Shown: positions 23,477-33,624, counted from the stretch's first letter. The stretch: DNA of 64,000 bases from an uncultured delta proteobacterium (GCA_963847445.1 CAWJZV010000002.1:96001-160000), one strand, 5' to 3'. Program-made: numbers and translations. The notes: generated from the sequence alone by a model not told the origin.

Positions 23477-23769
23477 AAACACCTCTTGTCCTGGTGACCA
23501 TCGTGTCGGCTTGTCTTGGTACGACTCGACGGCAAAATTCAACACCGTTGCCTCCACCCATGTATGTGCTGGAGTCCCATGACGATGAGCTAATAAATAC
23601 CGTGTTTCTTGAGCTGTAAATCCATATCTTTATTGGCGAAACCTTTGGAACCCTAATGCTCCTAGGCAACGATTTCGCCCGGTTGAGGCGCGAACTTATG
23701 TCACTCTCGCCATGGCTTCTGTCTAACGATCGTATGCAGGTGGCACCCTACGACTCTAGGTAGCACGAC

Positions 23770-24216
23770 CTATCTCTGAACGGGTGGCTCCACGAACGTC
23801 GCGATCGGCTGGCCTGTTTCGACGATATACGTCGACAGCATCTTCCCGGTTTCCGGGCCGATGTCTCGCGCATTATGAGGGGTCCGAGGGGGGATCAGAA
23901 ATCCATCCCCCGCATTCAGCACTACGGTGGCACGCCCCTGTACCATCATCTCTACCTGGCCTGCAATGATGTAGCCAACCTCTTCTCCTGGATGAACGTG
24001 CCATCCGGACTCGACTCCCGCCGGAATCAACGTCTCCACCTGCACCATCTCGCGGCTTGGAATCGATAACGGCGAGCGTTGGACCTCGCGCCGAGCAAGC
24101 TTGCCCGCCAGGTCGTCCCGTGTTCCCTTATCGGCCTGTCCAGATGCGGGGGCCATATAGGCGATCATGCCGGCCAGCGCCACAACCGCAACCAGCACGA
24201 AAACAATCCGTCTCAT
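23770..24216 (-). CDS. Secreted cupin-domain protein
   Basis: Signal peptide, WHVHPGEE, PHNA. Confidence 0.85.
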   Translation of the reverse strand: MRRIVFVLVAVVALAGMIAYMAPASGQADKGTRDDLAGKLARREVQRSPLSIPSREMVQVETLIPAGVESGWHVHPGEEVGYIIAGQVEMMVQGRATVVLNAGDGFLIPPRTPHNARDIGPETGKMLSTYIVETGQPIATFVEPPVQR

Positions 24217-24242
24217 AGCGTGCCTCCTAAACTCCGTCCGCG

Positions 24243-24671
24243 TTAGTGATGTTTTTCGGATGCGATCTTTTCGGGAATGACAAATGTGACCATGCCTTTG
24301 TCGAGTGGCTGATGGTTCGCGTCAACCAAATCAACCGGCCATTTCGCGATCGGGGTATGAACCCAGCTCGCGACCGAAGGGATGTTCAACCCCCTTTGGA
24401 AACCCCAGCAATTTTGTGCCCGCAGCAAGCTGCGGAGAATATCAGATTCAATCAGCACTTTGTGCGGACCGTGGAGAAGACCCTGCAGGATGATTGGCAG
24501 ACCACTCGCATCCGCCCACACCCATGAGGCATCGTCGACTCTCACATGAATGTGTCCGGCGCGCGGCGAGACCGTCAGAGCATTAGCGCCGAACACCGGC
24601 ACAATGTGCAGGTTCTCACTACAATATTGGATACCCACCACGCCGCGGGAGTCAAGCGGTTCGGCCAGCAC
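24243..24671 (-). pseudogene. DUF6130-like protein, 5'-truncated, carrying an in-frame 117-bp element
   Basis: VSPRAGHIHVRVDD..W.WADASG.P....L..GPHKVLIE[39-aa insert]LVDANH; family name from memory. Confidence 0.65.
24330..24446. mobile_element. 117-bp palindromic MITE-like element, copy 3 (intragenic, in frame)
   Basis: Removing it restores ATT GAA TTG GTT (IELV) on the minus strand. Confidence 0.88.
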
Positions 24672-24740
24672 TGGCCAGGGCCAGGCAGAGCGACGTCAGC
24701 ATGACCGGACGAAAAACAAAAGATTCGTCGATCGCCTGTT

Positions 24741-25592
24741 TCAAAGCGATCCGCACCGACGCGACAGCAACATCTGCAGCTGTTCGGTGCGATTTATTCC
24801 CGCGGCTTGGAGGCTGGCGGCAAACGCCGAATTCGCGCCAACGAGTGGCGCGACGTCGCATTCGAGAAAACGCAAGCGGTCGGTTTCCACTTCGTGGATC
24901 AGGTCAATGCGTGCCGCCCAGTCAACCTCGAAGGTCCTGGCGATCTCCAATGCCGTACGGCGCACCCGCTCGGCGAGGCCGATGTCAGCAAGTGGCGCGC
25001 GGGGCGTTGGCCGCAGATACTTGCGGACGAAAGAATAAGGCGTTGCCTCGGGTAGGAAAATGCGTAGCGGCATTCCGGCCCGGCCGCGGAGTACGGCGAC
25101 CGTCAGCTCCACCCCGTGCACGTATTGCTGCGTGATGTAGCCGTCGGTTCGAGCATGCGCGGGAATCCGACCGTCCTTGAGGAGCCGCACGCCGATCGAA
25201 TCGGATCCGCGCCGCGGTTTGAGTATCATCGGAATCGACGTCATGCTCGACTCGCTGGCGAGCGCGGTTGCCGGGCAATCCACGCCGTGTGCAGTCGCGA
25301 TACGGTATGCCTCGTACTTATCGTAACAGCGTTCCATCACTGCGGCGCTGGGCCCGAGAAATTGCAACCCGGCGCGCGTGAGCGTCTGCACGGCGGTGAG
25401 CATGACCGGGTCGGAAACGCGCAGCACAAGCAGCCCGGAAGGCAGGTCGGAGACCGAGTCATCGCGGAATTGGACGAGTCGCACCGCGTACCCCGCGCGT
25501 CGCAATTCCTCGGCGAAGTAGCGCGCTTCGGCACGATGGATCCAGGCGAGCGGATGGGGCTGCCAGGATTCGCGAAGGACGGTGACGTTCAT
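24741..25592 (-). CDS. ATP-grasp protein, D-Ala-D-Ala-ligase-like
   Basis: FLGP, DKY, ILKP..GSDSIGV, GVELTVAV, ARIDL, FLE. Confidence 0.75.
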   Translation of the reverse strand: MNVTVLRESWQPHPLAWIHRAEARYFAEELRRAGYAVRLVQFRDDSVSDLPSGLLVLRVSDPVMLTAVQTLTRAGLQFLGPSAAVMERCYDKYEAYRIATAHGVDCPATALASESSMTSIPMILKPRRGSDSIGVRLLKDGRIPAHARTDGYITQQYVHGVELTVAVLRGRAGMPLRIFLPEATPYSFVRKYLRPTPRAPLADIGLAERVRRTALEIARTFEVDWAARIDLIHEVETDRLRFLECDVAPLVGANSAFAASLQAAGINRTEQLQMLLSRRCGSL

Positions 25593-25595
25593 CGA

Positions 25596-26003
25596 TTACC
25601 TCTTCTCGATCACCATAAACGCCACCACAGCACTGGTCAGCGTCGCAAGCACCAGCCGATGGCTGAAACCTAAACTGGACGATTCGATCAGGCCATTAAC
25701 GAGCGTGCCCAAGCCCTGCGTCGCCAGGGCGGCGCCGGGCCAATCCAGAGTGGTATCTACGTCGTCATCCCTGATTTCGGGCACGTGCAGCAAAGCAATC
25801 ACCAGGACGAGCACCGTCGCGTTGAGGTTTTTTTGCAACGCCGGCAGCGCGACGTTGACCGCCGTGCCATCGATAAAGGCCATGCTCGCCTCCAAAATGA
25901 TCGCCGCCAGAATCCACGGCTCGGACACGCGCGCGCATGGAACGATGGAATGGAGCGCTCGAATGACGCCTTCATCGCATGGCTGTGGAAAAAAATTCGT
26001 CAT
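25596..26003 (-). pseudogene. Remnant of a DHA2-type MFS transporter with internal deletions
   Basis: SMAFIDGTAVNVALPALQ joined directly to a VPE..LDWPGAALA segment; only 135 aa. Confidence 0.75.
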
Positions 26004-26196
26004 CGCCTAAATTGCGCTCCGGTCAGTCAAGAACTTAGAATTATTTAAATAGTTCCAGACGTTCAAGGTGCCTGCTCGCACGAGCTCCGTAGCGGGGGGT
26101 TTTACCGAACCCGCGCTTAAGTTTCTTGCCACGGGCTGCTACGCTGCTGGCACCACTTCAGAGTTAGCTGACTCTGAGATTTCGAAGTAAACGATT

Positions 26197-26460
26197 ATGT
26201 GTCGAAGCATCAAAACGCTCTTCAACTTCCAACCGCCGGTGACGGAAGGAGAGATTCGCGCGGCCTCGTTACAATTTGTCAGAAAAGTGAGCGGCTTCAA
26301 CAAGCCATCGAAAGCCAACGAAGCGGCGTTCCTCGCTGCCGTTGACGAAATAGCGACGAGCTCCGCTAACCTTCTCGGTACGCTCGAGACGAACGCACCG
26401 CCGAGGAACCGCGCAGAAGAAACTGCCAAGGCAAGTACTCGCGGCTCAGAGGTTGCCTAG
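26197..26460 (+). CDS. DUF2277-family protein
   Basis: MCRSIKTLFNFQPPVT..EIRAASLQFVRKVSGF.KPSKANE. Confidence 0.88.
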   Translation: MCRSIKTLFNFQPPVTEGEIRAASLQFVRKVSGFNKPSKANEAAFLAAVDEIATSSANLLGTLETNAPPRNRAEETAKASTRGSEVA

Positions 26461-26467
26461 TTAATTG

Positions 26468-26494
26468 GCGCCACAACGTTGGACGTTGTGGCGC
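26468..26494 (+). terminator. 12-bp perfect hairpin after DUF2277 (possible terminator)
   Basis: GCGCCACAACGT-TGG-ACGTTGTGGCGC; no clear U tract. Confidence 0.45.
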
Positions 26495-26751
26495 TATGTG
26501 TCGTTGCATGCTCTGGCTCTGGCTGTTTGATAATAAACTAAGACTCAGGACAGACTCCCAATTCGTCTTTTATTGTCAGGGTTGTCATCCTTCCACCCTG
26601 ACATAATTACGTTGCCGTTAGACCCTGTCATAATCACTTTGCTACAACACCGCGAATTATAATGGTTGACAAGACTCGGTTAGCTAATCGATATTGAACA
26701 AATCCAACGAAGACTACTGCCACCCGTCACCGACCAAAGGGGGAATATGAC

Positions 26752-27384
26752 ATGGATACGATAGACCGGAACGATGCCTACACCGTTACTTCGCTGGACG
26801 ATCTCGCGAAGATTTATGCCAAGCCGTTGCCCCACGTCGCCACCAAGGAAACCGACCACATCACCGAGGTCGGGCGCGCCTTCATCGCGGCATCGCCGTT
26901 CCTGGTGCTCGCCAGCTCGAACGGGACCAGCATCGACTGTTCGCCCAAGGGCGATGCGCCGGGCTTCGTGCAGCTGCTCGACGACCGCACACTGCTGATC
27001 CCCGACCGGCCAGGCAACAACCGCATCGACGGGATGAAGAACCTGCTCGTCAACCCGAAGGTCGGTATCATTTTCATGGTCCCGGGATCGAACGAAACCT
27101 ATCGCGTGACTGGCAGTGCGACGATCAGCACGGACCCGGAGTTGCTGAAGCGATTCGAGGTGCGCGGCAAGCCGCCGCGCGTGGTCATGGTCGTCGCTGT
27201 CGACGAAGCCTTCAATCACTGTCCCAAAGCCTTCGTGCGGGCGAAGCTGTGGGATGCGACGGCGCGGCCGAGCGGCGCGCCGAGCCACGGCGACTTCGCC
27301 GCCGCCCGCGACGGCAAGGACGCTGCCTACGCCAGGGATTATAACGAGAAATATGCCGAGCGCCTGAAGACCGAGCTTTACTGA
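26752..27384 (+). CDS. Pyridoxamine 5'-phosphate oxidase-related FMN-binding protein
   Basis: FIAASPF..LAS, DCSPKGD.PGFV, IPDRPGNNR.D, HCPKA. Confidence 0.88.
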   Translation: MDTIDRNDAYTVTSLDDLAKIYAKPLPHVATKETDHITEVGRAFIAASPFLVLASSNGTSIDCSPKGDAPGFVQLLDDRTLLIPDRPGNNRIDGMKNLLVNPKVGIIFMVPGSNETYRVTGSATISTDPELLKRFEVRGKPPRVVMVVAVDEAFNHCPKAFVRAKLWDATARPSGAPSHGDFAAARDGKDAAYARDYNEKYAERLKTELY

Positions 27385-27703
27385 CCAGGCTGCGAAACGA
27401 GAGGCGGCGACCAGAAATCCGGGCCTTTGTGCGTGACTATATCGCTGCGCGTGTCGATGAATTCACTGTGATCACGCCAGAAGCACTGGACAACTTTGAA
27501 CTCGCCTTACGTGATATTGCTGATTCTGACATGGCCGCACTTCCCATGCGGACATTGCCGGGATCCGCGACTGAATTAATTACCACGAGAGTTTGCTGGC
27601 CACACTCTTAAAGCGCATTTGGAGTTCGATGCTTCCGACGCTAATGGAACTGCCGTTTAACAGCACGGCCCAGCCGTCGCCCTGCCCCTAAGTTCTACGC
27701 GTC

Positions 27704-28069
27704 ATGGCTTTCCGCATCCTCGCCGACCTCACAGTCGTCGTCCATCTGGGCTTCGTTCTGTTCGTCGTCCTCGGGGGCGTGCTGGTCGCGCGCTGGCCAC
27801 GGATCGCTTGGTTGCATCTTCCCGCGGCCGCTTGGGGCGCATGGGTCGAGTTCGCGGGCTGGTTATGCCCGCTCACACCGCTCGAGAACTGGTTTCGGCA
27901 GCAAGGCGGCGAGGCTGCCTACAGCGTCAGCTTCATCGAGCACTACCTCGTTCCCATCCTTTATCCGTCCTGGCTCCCGCGCGAGCTTCAGTGGGGACTG
28001 GGTGGCCTAGTGCTCTTGGTCAACCTGACCGTGTATCTGCTGGTCTTTCACCGTCGCGCTCGGCTGTAG
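27704..28069 (+). CDS. DUF2784-family membrane protein
   Basis: H..F.LFVV.GG, LHLPA..WG, CPLTPLEN, FIEHYL...LYP. Confidence 0.88.
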   Translation: MAFRILADLTVVVHLGFVLFVVLGGVLVARWPRIAWLHLPAAAWGAWVEFAGWLCPLTPLENWFRQQGGEAAYSVSFIEHYLVPILYPSWLPRELQWGLGGLVLLVNLTVYLLVFHRRARL

Positions 28070-28219
28070 CTATTTGGTGTGCAACGGTGGAGTTGCCTTT
28101 TCGCTTCAGACCGATCGCTAAGAGCGACGGCTAAGCGTTGTGTTAACCCTGAATTGAACTGATTTCTCCGACGGCTCATTCCTGCGAGATTTGAAATTGA
28201 ACCACAGTGAAGTCGCGGT

Positions 28220-28501
28220 TCATTGGCTAGACTTGTTTTTTGCGTGCTCCGCTATCGAGCCTATTTTCTCATGGCACTCCTCAATAGCTTCGTTTAGAAA
28301 TTGCTCAAGCTCGGCATCGAGAAAGTATTCAGGGATCGTCGTTTTATCTTTCGGGAGCGCAGCGTAAATCTTGCCGATCCATACAGCCCTGACAAAATCT
28401 TGAGCGATCTGCAAAATTTCAACCTCTCTCCCGGCCATTGGAATATCGCCAAAGGCAGCGGCAACTCTAGCGTTAATAGTTTTGTCAACGTCTGATTTCA
28501 T
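28220..28501 (-). CDS. Hypothetical protein
   Basis: 93-aa ORF with protein-like composition; no family recognised. Confidence 0.5.
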   Translation of the reverse strand: MKSDVDKTINARVAAAFGDIPMAGREVEILQIAQDFVRAVWIGKIYAALPKDKTTIPEYFLDAELEQFLNEAIEECHEKIGSIAEHAKNKSSQ

Positions 28502-28621
28502 TTGAACTGTATACTCGCGCCGATCTTCCCTTAGCAGTTCCCTTCTGAAGCATTTTCACAATTAAAAACCGCAGATCGGCGGGTCATAGCGACAGAATCT
28601 CCGTGCCGCTAACGTGGCGAG

Positions 28622-28840
28622 CTACGCCAGATACAGCCAACCAACAAAGTCCCGCACGAATCTCTTCGACGACGGCTGTGGCGGTAGGCGATTCCCGCGA
28701 ATCACTGCCCAGGCTATCCGATAGCGGCACCTAACACACTTACCATTGACTGCTTGCAAGGGAGTGTGTCCAGGTCGTTTAACGATTACCGCCATAGACC
28801 CGTAACAGCGAGGACAACTTCTCGGTAAGTAGCGGTCCAT
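28622..28840 (-). CDS. Small putative Zn-finger protein
   Basis: RSCPRC...CVRC; similar to the adjacent ORF. Confidence 0.7.
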   Translation of the reverse strand: MDRYLPRSCPRCYGSMAVIVKRPGHTPLQAVNGKCVRCRYRIAWAVIRGNRLPPQPSSKRFVRDFVGWLYLA

Positions 28841-29046
28841 TATTTGACGACCTTTAGGAGTCGGTCGAGATGGGCGTTGTCTGATCGCTTATGCCCCACG
28901 ATCAATCGCCAACCGTTCAAGGAATAACCGCATAAATCACAATGTGCGTTGATCGGATACTCTCCGTTGGAACGTGGAATCTGGCTAACTACGACCCAAA
29001 AATCGTCGCTGCATCGGGGACATGATCGAGCGATATACGTGGACAT
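28840..29046 (-). CDS. Small putative Zn-finger protein
   Basis: RSCPRC...CDLC; TAATG coupling to the next ORF. Confidence 0.7.
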   Translation of the reverse strand: MSTYIARSCPRCSDDFWVVVSQIPRSNGEYPINAHCDLCGYSLNGWRLIVGHKRSDNAHLDRLLKVVK

Positions 29047-29111
29047 GGTGGCGGACTCATATATAAAGCACGTTGTCCTGCTCGGGGATGTTTAATTCGA
29101 TTAAGACCCTG

Positions 29112-29127
29112 TGCAAAATCAATGCCT
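29112..29127 (-). promoter_or_regulatory. Sigma-54 promoter
   Basis: AGGCATTGATTTTGCA (GG-N10-GC) with an AT-rich tract upstream. Confidence 0.6.
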
Positions 29128-29655
29128 TATTACTTGTCGAGTTAAAGCGAATGATTTTAGTTATTTAAAATATGCCGTGTGAACGGACTAGATTTTAATG
29201 TGTCAAAAACGGGATTTGTCGCAGTAATGAGACGGTAGAAGATTCTAGATGACCGACAGGAATTAGCGCCATGAAACTGGGAGATAATCGTCGACTGTGT
29301 GAAAGTCTTTTTGCCAGCGCAGGCTAGTTGTGCCGGCTTGCAACTGTTACCTTACCTTGGTGGATTTCCGAACACTCCTGGTAATTCTCTTCGGCATAAT
29401 TCTGCCGGCTCTTTTCATAGTTTTTTACTTGCTCGGCCCGTAGAGCAAGATACGCCGACTTTCGGATTGTTGAAGCGGGTCATTGCTAACTAGATCACGG
29501 CTCATTTTTTCTGGGTGACTTTGTCTTGTACCGTGCGGTATCGCCCATCGAAAAAGATCGTCGGAACACAAGCCCGTAAGTTTTTGGTACACGCAATAAA
29601 TGGTGTACGACATCTGGACCTAGAAGAAATATTTCCGCCGCGTGGCGGAAGCCGT

Positions 29656-30780
29656 CTACTCGGGGATTGTGACCCGAGGCAGACGTACCACGAATCTCGT
29701 TCCGTCTTCCGCGGTGGAGGTTACGCTGATTTTCCCCGTATGCGCTTCGACAATCTCACGAGCAACGAACAGCCCAAGACCGAAATGGCTAGTGTATTTT
29801 TCTTGCTTGGCGGCACTAGAGAAAGGATCGAAAATTGTCTGAAGTTCGGATTGAGGTATCGGCACGCCATTGTTGTGTACTGTGAGGACAATTTCCTTCG
29901 ATTCCCCGTGTGCATCAATGCTCACGGGGGATGTCGGGTCACCATGCTGTATTGCGTTGGAAATAAGATTTGCAAGCATCTGGCTTATGCGAATGTCATC
30001 CAACGCGCCGTAGAGACCCGCGCCGCAATCTGAACGGATGGTACGCTCTGGATAGGCCGCGACAAATTCCGCGACTGTGTGCTGGCAAACTGGGGTAAAG
30101 TCTATTAACTCCCGTTTGACAACCACAGGCAGTCCAAAACGGGCCCGCGTAAAGTCAAGCAAGTTATCAATCAACTTGCTCATACGCATGCCACTATGAA
30201 CCATACTAGTGGCGAGATCCTCGACAACACCCTTATCGAAACCGGCTCTTTGAAGTATCTGCGCCGACGACACGATCGCGTTGAGTGGATTTCGCAGATC
30301 GTGCGCCATGACCGCAAGGGCTAAATCCCGGGAAGCATCTATTTCCTGCATGAATCGAGCAGTCGATTCGCTAAGCGCCTGATCAATCCCTTCGTTGAAC
30401 CTGATTAATTGGTCAATGTTAGAAGTGTCCCCCAAGTCCGGTGAACTGTCGATCCATAGCCGAATCACAGTCGCCCGAAGAGCCCGAAATTCCGACAATA
30501 GTTGGGCGTGGTTGAAGCCCAAGCCGAACCGATCCGCAGCATGGTATTCCGCAGCGCTTTCCTCCTGTGGACGTCGGCCGCGACCTGTGGATTTTTCTGC
30601 CTGCTCCGCTGCAGTTTGCGCAGTCTCCATATCCTTCGCAATCGCCATCAGGATTTTTTGCGCTGAATTCCTTAGTACGATTTTGGTGAATTTTGCGTCA
30701 GCTAAGACGGTGGCGGCAAAGGATTCCCATTGCGTGAGAATGTGCTCGAGGTTTAGGAGAATGAATTCTGACAAACGCAT
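29656..30780 (-). CDS. Cytoplasmic sensor histidine kinase with RsbRD-like N-terminus
   Basis: HDLRNPL, NLISNAIQHG, FDPF, GLGLFVA; N-terminal MRLSEFI..N.E.I...WE.FA. Confidence 0.92.
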   Translation of the reverse strand: MRLSEFILLNLEHILTQWESFAATVLADAKFTKIVLRNSAQKILMAIAKDMETAQTAAEQAEKSTGRGRRPQEESAAEYHAADRFGLGFNHAQLLSEFRALRATVIRLWIDSSPDLGDTSNIDQLIRFNEGIDQALSESTARFMQEIDASRDLALAVMAHDLRNPLNAIVSSAQILQRAGFDKGVVEDLATSMVHSGMRMSKLIDNLLDFTRARFGLPVVVKRELIDFTPVCQHTVAEFVAAYPERTIRSDCGAGLYGALDDIRISQMLANLISNAIQHGDPTSPVSIDAHGESKEIVLTVHNNGVPIPQSELQTIFDPFSSAAKQEKYTSHFGLGLFVAREIVEAHTGKISVTSTAEDGTRFVVRLPRVTIPE

Positions 30781-30856
30781 AACTTTTTGTAGCAGAGGTG
30801 ATGAATGGAATCTTAAAGAAAAATTAGAGGCGAGCGGTTGGTATGGCGCTGTTCAG

Positions 30857-31207
30857 TTACAGCAGCCGCTGAATATTCGATTTTAAATTATCGAATATAA
30901 CCGGCTTGCCCATGATTAAGGATTTCGGCATTTTGGATAGGTCAAGAGCGTCGTCAGGATAAGAGGTTAGAACAATAAAAGGGGTGTCTGCGGCGATAGA
31001 ACGTAGTCGCGTAATGACCGCAATGCCATCAACGCGGGGCAGACGGATATCTGAAATCACCAAATCAAATTGACAATTATTTAGGAGATCGAGAGCTTGA
31101 GCGCCATCTTTCGCTTCCTCGACCTCGTATCCCTCTCGACGCAAAAACATGCTGATAAGTTTTCGGCTGATTGGCTCATCCTCTGCGAAGAGAATTCGTT
31201 GTTGCAT
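30857..31207 (-). CDS. Single-domain response regulator
   Basis: AEDE, DLVISDIRLP..DG, T, KP. Confidence 0.9.
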   Translation of the reverse strand: MQQRILFAEDEPISRKLISMFLRREGYEVEEAKDGAQALDLLNNCQFDLVISDIRLPRVDGIAVITRLRSIAADTPFIVLTSYPDDALDLSKMPKSLIMGKPVIFDNLKSNIQRLL

Positions 31208-31391
31208 ACGCTACTTTTTCCTTTCGAAGCGACGGCTTTCAGCGCTCAAATTCATGCCATAGCTCTCATATTCGTCCACTGATTTTGCAAAACCAGACGC
31301 GGAGTTGCATGTCAATTTTGAACCGAACTCCGCCCAGCCACAATGCCCTCCTGGAAAATAATAGTAATGATGTCGTGCAAACTCGAGACGG

Positions 31392-31778
31392 TTAAGTAGG
31401 CATGCGCACGCCGCCGGTGACCCCTCGATTGCGATTGATAATTTCTAATGCCAGCGCGGCCTGATCGTCGGCTTCGACCAACAGCAGCATCTGCCCGACT
31501 CCGAGTTCCGGAATGCTGGGAATTTCTCCCGCAGGTATCGTGTGCACCTTAGTTTCGGTGATAAAGTCCTGCTGCGCCACGCTGTTTTGCATGGCGACGG
31601 CAATCCGATCGTCGGCAAAGCCGGCGCCTTTTAACTCTTTGACCGCCTTCCTGGCTTGCTCCAACTCACCGAACAACCCTGTAACGCGGGTATCGCCCAC
31701 CGTCGCGCCCTCAGCCATGCTCGTGGCTATCTCAGGACTAGTTGTTTTCGGATAATTGTTAAATTCTCGTAATTGCAT
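31392..31778 (-). CDS. Hypothetical protein (general-stress-protein-like)
   Basis: VTGLF....A..AV.EL..AGF..D.I.V pattern. Confidence 0.6.
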   Translation of the reverse strand: MQLREFNNYPKTTSPEIATSMAEGATVGDTRVTGLFGELEQARKAVKELKGAGFADDRIAVAMQNSVAQQDFITETKVHTIPAGEIPSIPELGVGQMLLLVEADDQAALALEIINRNRGVTGGVRMPT

Positions 31779-31851
31779 GCCTCACCTCGCAAATGAATTA
31801 ATCGACATATGAGTTACTCGCACCTTCCGGCATTCGATTTACCCTCGATAA

Positions 31852-31867
31852 AGCAACGAACGTACCA
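31852..31867 (-). promoter_or_regulatory. Sigma-54 promoter
   Basis: TGGTACGTTCGTTGCT (GG-N10-GC) upstream of 31778. Confidence 0.6.
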
Positions 31868-32078
31868 ACCTATAGGTCCTGGCAGAATGGTGAAGTGTCT
31901 TGGATGTGACCCAAAAACCGATTAAATTTCCCGGAGATGAAACAAAGCACCGCCCTCGCGGACCGCTGAGATAACGAGGGTGAGATGCCGATAAAGCTCA
32001 GCGCCCATCAGGCAAATTGAATAAGAGTCGGGAGTTTCTGTGGATAGGGAATAACTGGCAAGTGAGAAAACGGCGACT

Positions 32079-32333
32079 CTAAACTTCGGGTGCGACACTC
32101 ATCGCGTCTTCGATGAAAGGCACCGCCTCGGGATAGAGCCGCCGCGCAGTTTCAAGGAGCAGCTTCGCCTCATCCATGTCACAGAGGATCTCGACCGTCG
32201 GCTGCTCGTCGCTGCTTTGATGCCTGGCGACTATATTGTTTTTGAGGATCGTATATTCGGGAGAGGTAATTTCGCACGCGGCTACGAACAGGTCATAGTG
32301 CTCAGGCGGTAGTCGGATCAGGAGGGTTGTCAC
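32079..32333 (-). CDS. Hypothetical protein
   Basis: 84-aa ORF; no family recognised. Confidence 0.55.
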   Translation of the reverse strand: MTTLLIRLPPEHYDLFVAACEITSPEYTILKNNIVARHQSSDEQPTVEILCDMDEAKLLLETARRLYPEAVPFIEDAMSVAPEV

Positions 32334-32496
32334 TTGTTAAAGCTAGGCAGTTTTCAGTGGAAGTACAAGTGGCCGTCGTGATCGACGGCGGCACCGGATG
32401 AACAAGCGAAGCGATTTAACCTTGAACCGCGCCCTTGGAACCGTGAACGTGCCCCGCAAACCGCGCTTAGCCCGATAGCAAGCACGGTTCGGCAAT

Positions 32497-32934
32497 TCAA
32501 CGCGGGCCGATGCGCAGGCTCTTGGTCGCCAGATAGATCTCGCGCAGGAACCACAGCAAGCCGAGAAAGAAACACAACATCGCGGCAATGAATAGCAGGG
32601 CCACCGGGATTGACGCATCGAAGCGCAGGAAGGCGCTCAGGAAGAGAACCGCGATCACGGTGCACACGAGCAGCGCCGTCATCGTGCATAGCGTGATGGC
32701 GCGTCCGTTCAGTTTTGCCCGCCGTGACAGCACGGCGAGATCCGCGCGCAGGGTTGCGAGAGATTCCGCGGAAGCCCCCTCCAGCCTATCCTCCAAGACG
32801 CGAGCGCGATCGATGACTCGACCGAGCCGGTTGGTCATGACCGCGAGGATGGCGCCGATGCCCGAGAGAAGAAATACCGGCGCGACCGCCAGTTGGACCG
32901 CATGGGCGACCGCGACGTCCGAAAATTCAAGCAC
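32497..32934 (-). CDS. DUF2721-family membrane protein
   Basis: VQLAVAPVFLLSGIGA.L.V.TNRLGR.IDRAR, FLREI. Confidence 0.88.
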   Translation of the reverse strand: MLEFSDVAVAHAVQLAVAPVFLLSGIGAILAVMTNRLGRVIDRARVLEDRLEGASAESLATLRADLAVLSRRAKLNGRAITLCTMTALLVCTVIAVLFLSAFLRFDASIPVALLFIAAMLCFFLGLLWFLREIYLATKSLRIGPR

Positions 32935-32960
32935 GAAACCTCCAGCAAACGTAAGCCCGC

Positions 32961-33210
32961 CTAACCGACGAGGCAGAATAGGAACGCCAGGTCGCTGGCG
33001 ACGGTGCGTGTCCAGTGAAGATAACCCCAGCGTGTGAGCGCAGCGATTTCCGACGCGGCATCACGATTCCGCAGCAAATCGTCGTTGACTGGTTAATCAC
33101 GATGAGCGTGAACGGAATCACGCTGCCGATGACAACGGCAACGGCGAGCCATAGCGCGCCTGCCCCGCTGAGCCACGCCCAAATCGCGCTTGTGCACCCG
33201 ACCGCTCTTT
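32961..33210 (-). pseudogene. DUF1772 (anthrone oxygenase-like) remnant
   Basis: VIPFTLIVI, then after a frameshift VNDDLL...RWGYLHWTRT. Confidence 0.5.
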
Positions 33211-33336
33211 AGTCGCTATACCCGCGAACCACTGCAACACCGGTTTGCACAACGGTCCGCAGTGCCATGAGCAGTTTTTGGGTCGTGCCTGAGAATTCAC
33301 TTATTCATATTAGCCGGGCGTCTCACGGATGAAGTC

Positions 33337-33624
33337 TTAATTCCTACGTGAAAGTAACGATCTTAAAGTCTGGTAAACGTCACGTCGGTGCCCCACGTGG
33401 TAAATCTCTAGGCAAGATTCTTCTTCATTGACCCGGTAGATAATGCGATAACGCCTCACTCGATAGGAACGGTAACCGTCGAGTTCGCCGGTTAGTTCTG
33501 TGCCCATCTCAGGCTTAGCTAGCAATGCATCTATGGTCGATCGAACAAGCCGTTTGATATCAGGCGGCAACTTGGAAATGAGGCGTGAGCATTCGGGGGT
33601 ATAGCGAGAGGAGAATTTGCTCAA
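33337..33624 (-). CDS. RelE/ParE-family toxin
   Basis: LTGELDGYRSYRVRRYRIIY..VGHRRDVY; TTG start overlapping the antitoxin stop. Confidence 0.88.
   Translation of the reverse strand: MSKFSSRYTPECSRLISKLPPDIKRLVRSTIDALLAKPEMGTELTGELDGYRSYRVRRYRIIYRVNEEESCLEIYHVGHRRDVYQTLRSLLSRRN

Noticed and set aside
3069-24446. Repeated 117-bp sequence as a CRISPR repeat, tRNA or riboswitch
   Set aside because: Copies are dispersed without spacers or cas genes, show no cloverleaf, and occur in unrelated contexts including inside a gene
26158-26602. Isolated hairpins TCAGAGT-N6-ACTCTGA (26158) and TGTCAGGGT...ACCCTGACA (~26575)
   Set aside because: Single copies with no supporting context
3022-28619. GCTAACGTGGC at ~3022 and ~28608 as integron attC cores
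   Set aside because: Only 11 bp; no matching GTTRRRY arm, cassette array or intI
31242-31262. Sigma-54-like TGGCATGAATTTGAGC upstream of the response regulator
   Set aside because: GG-to-GC spacing is 11 rather than 10
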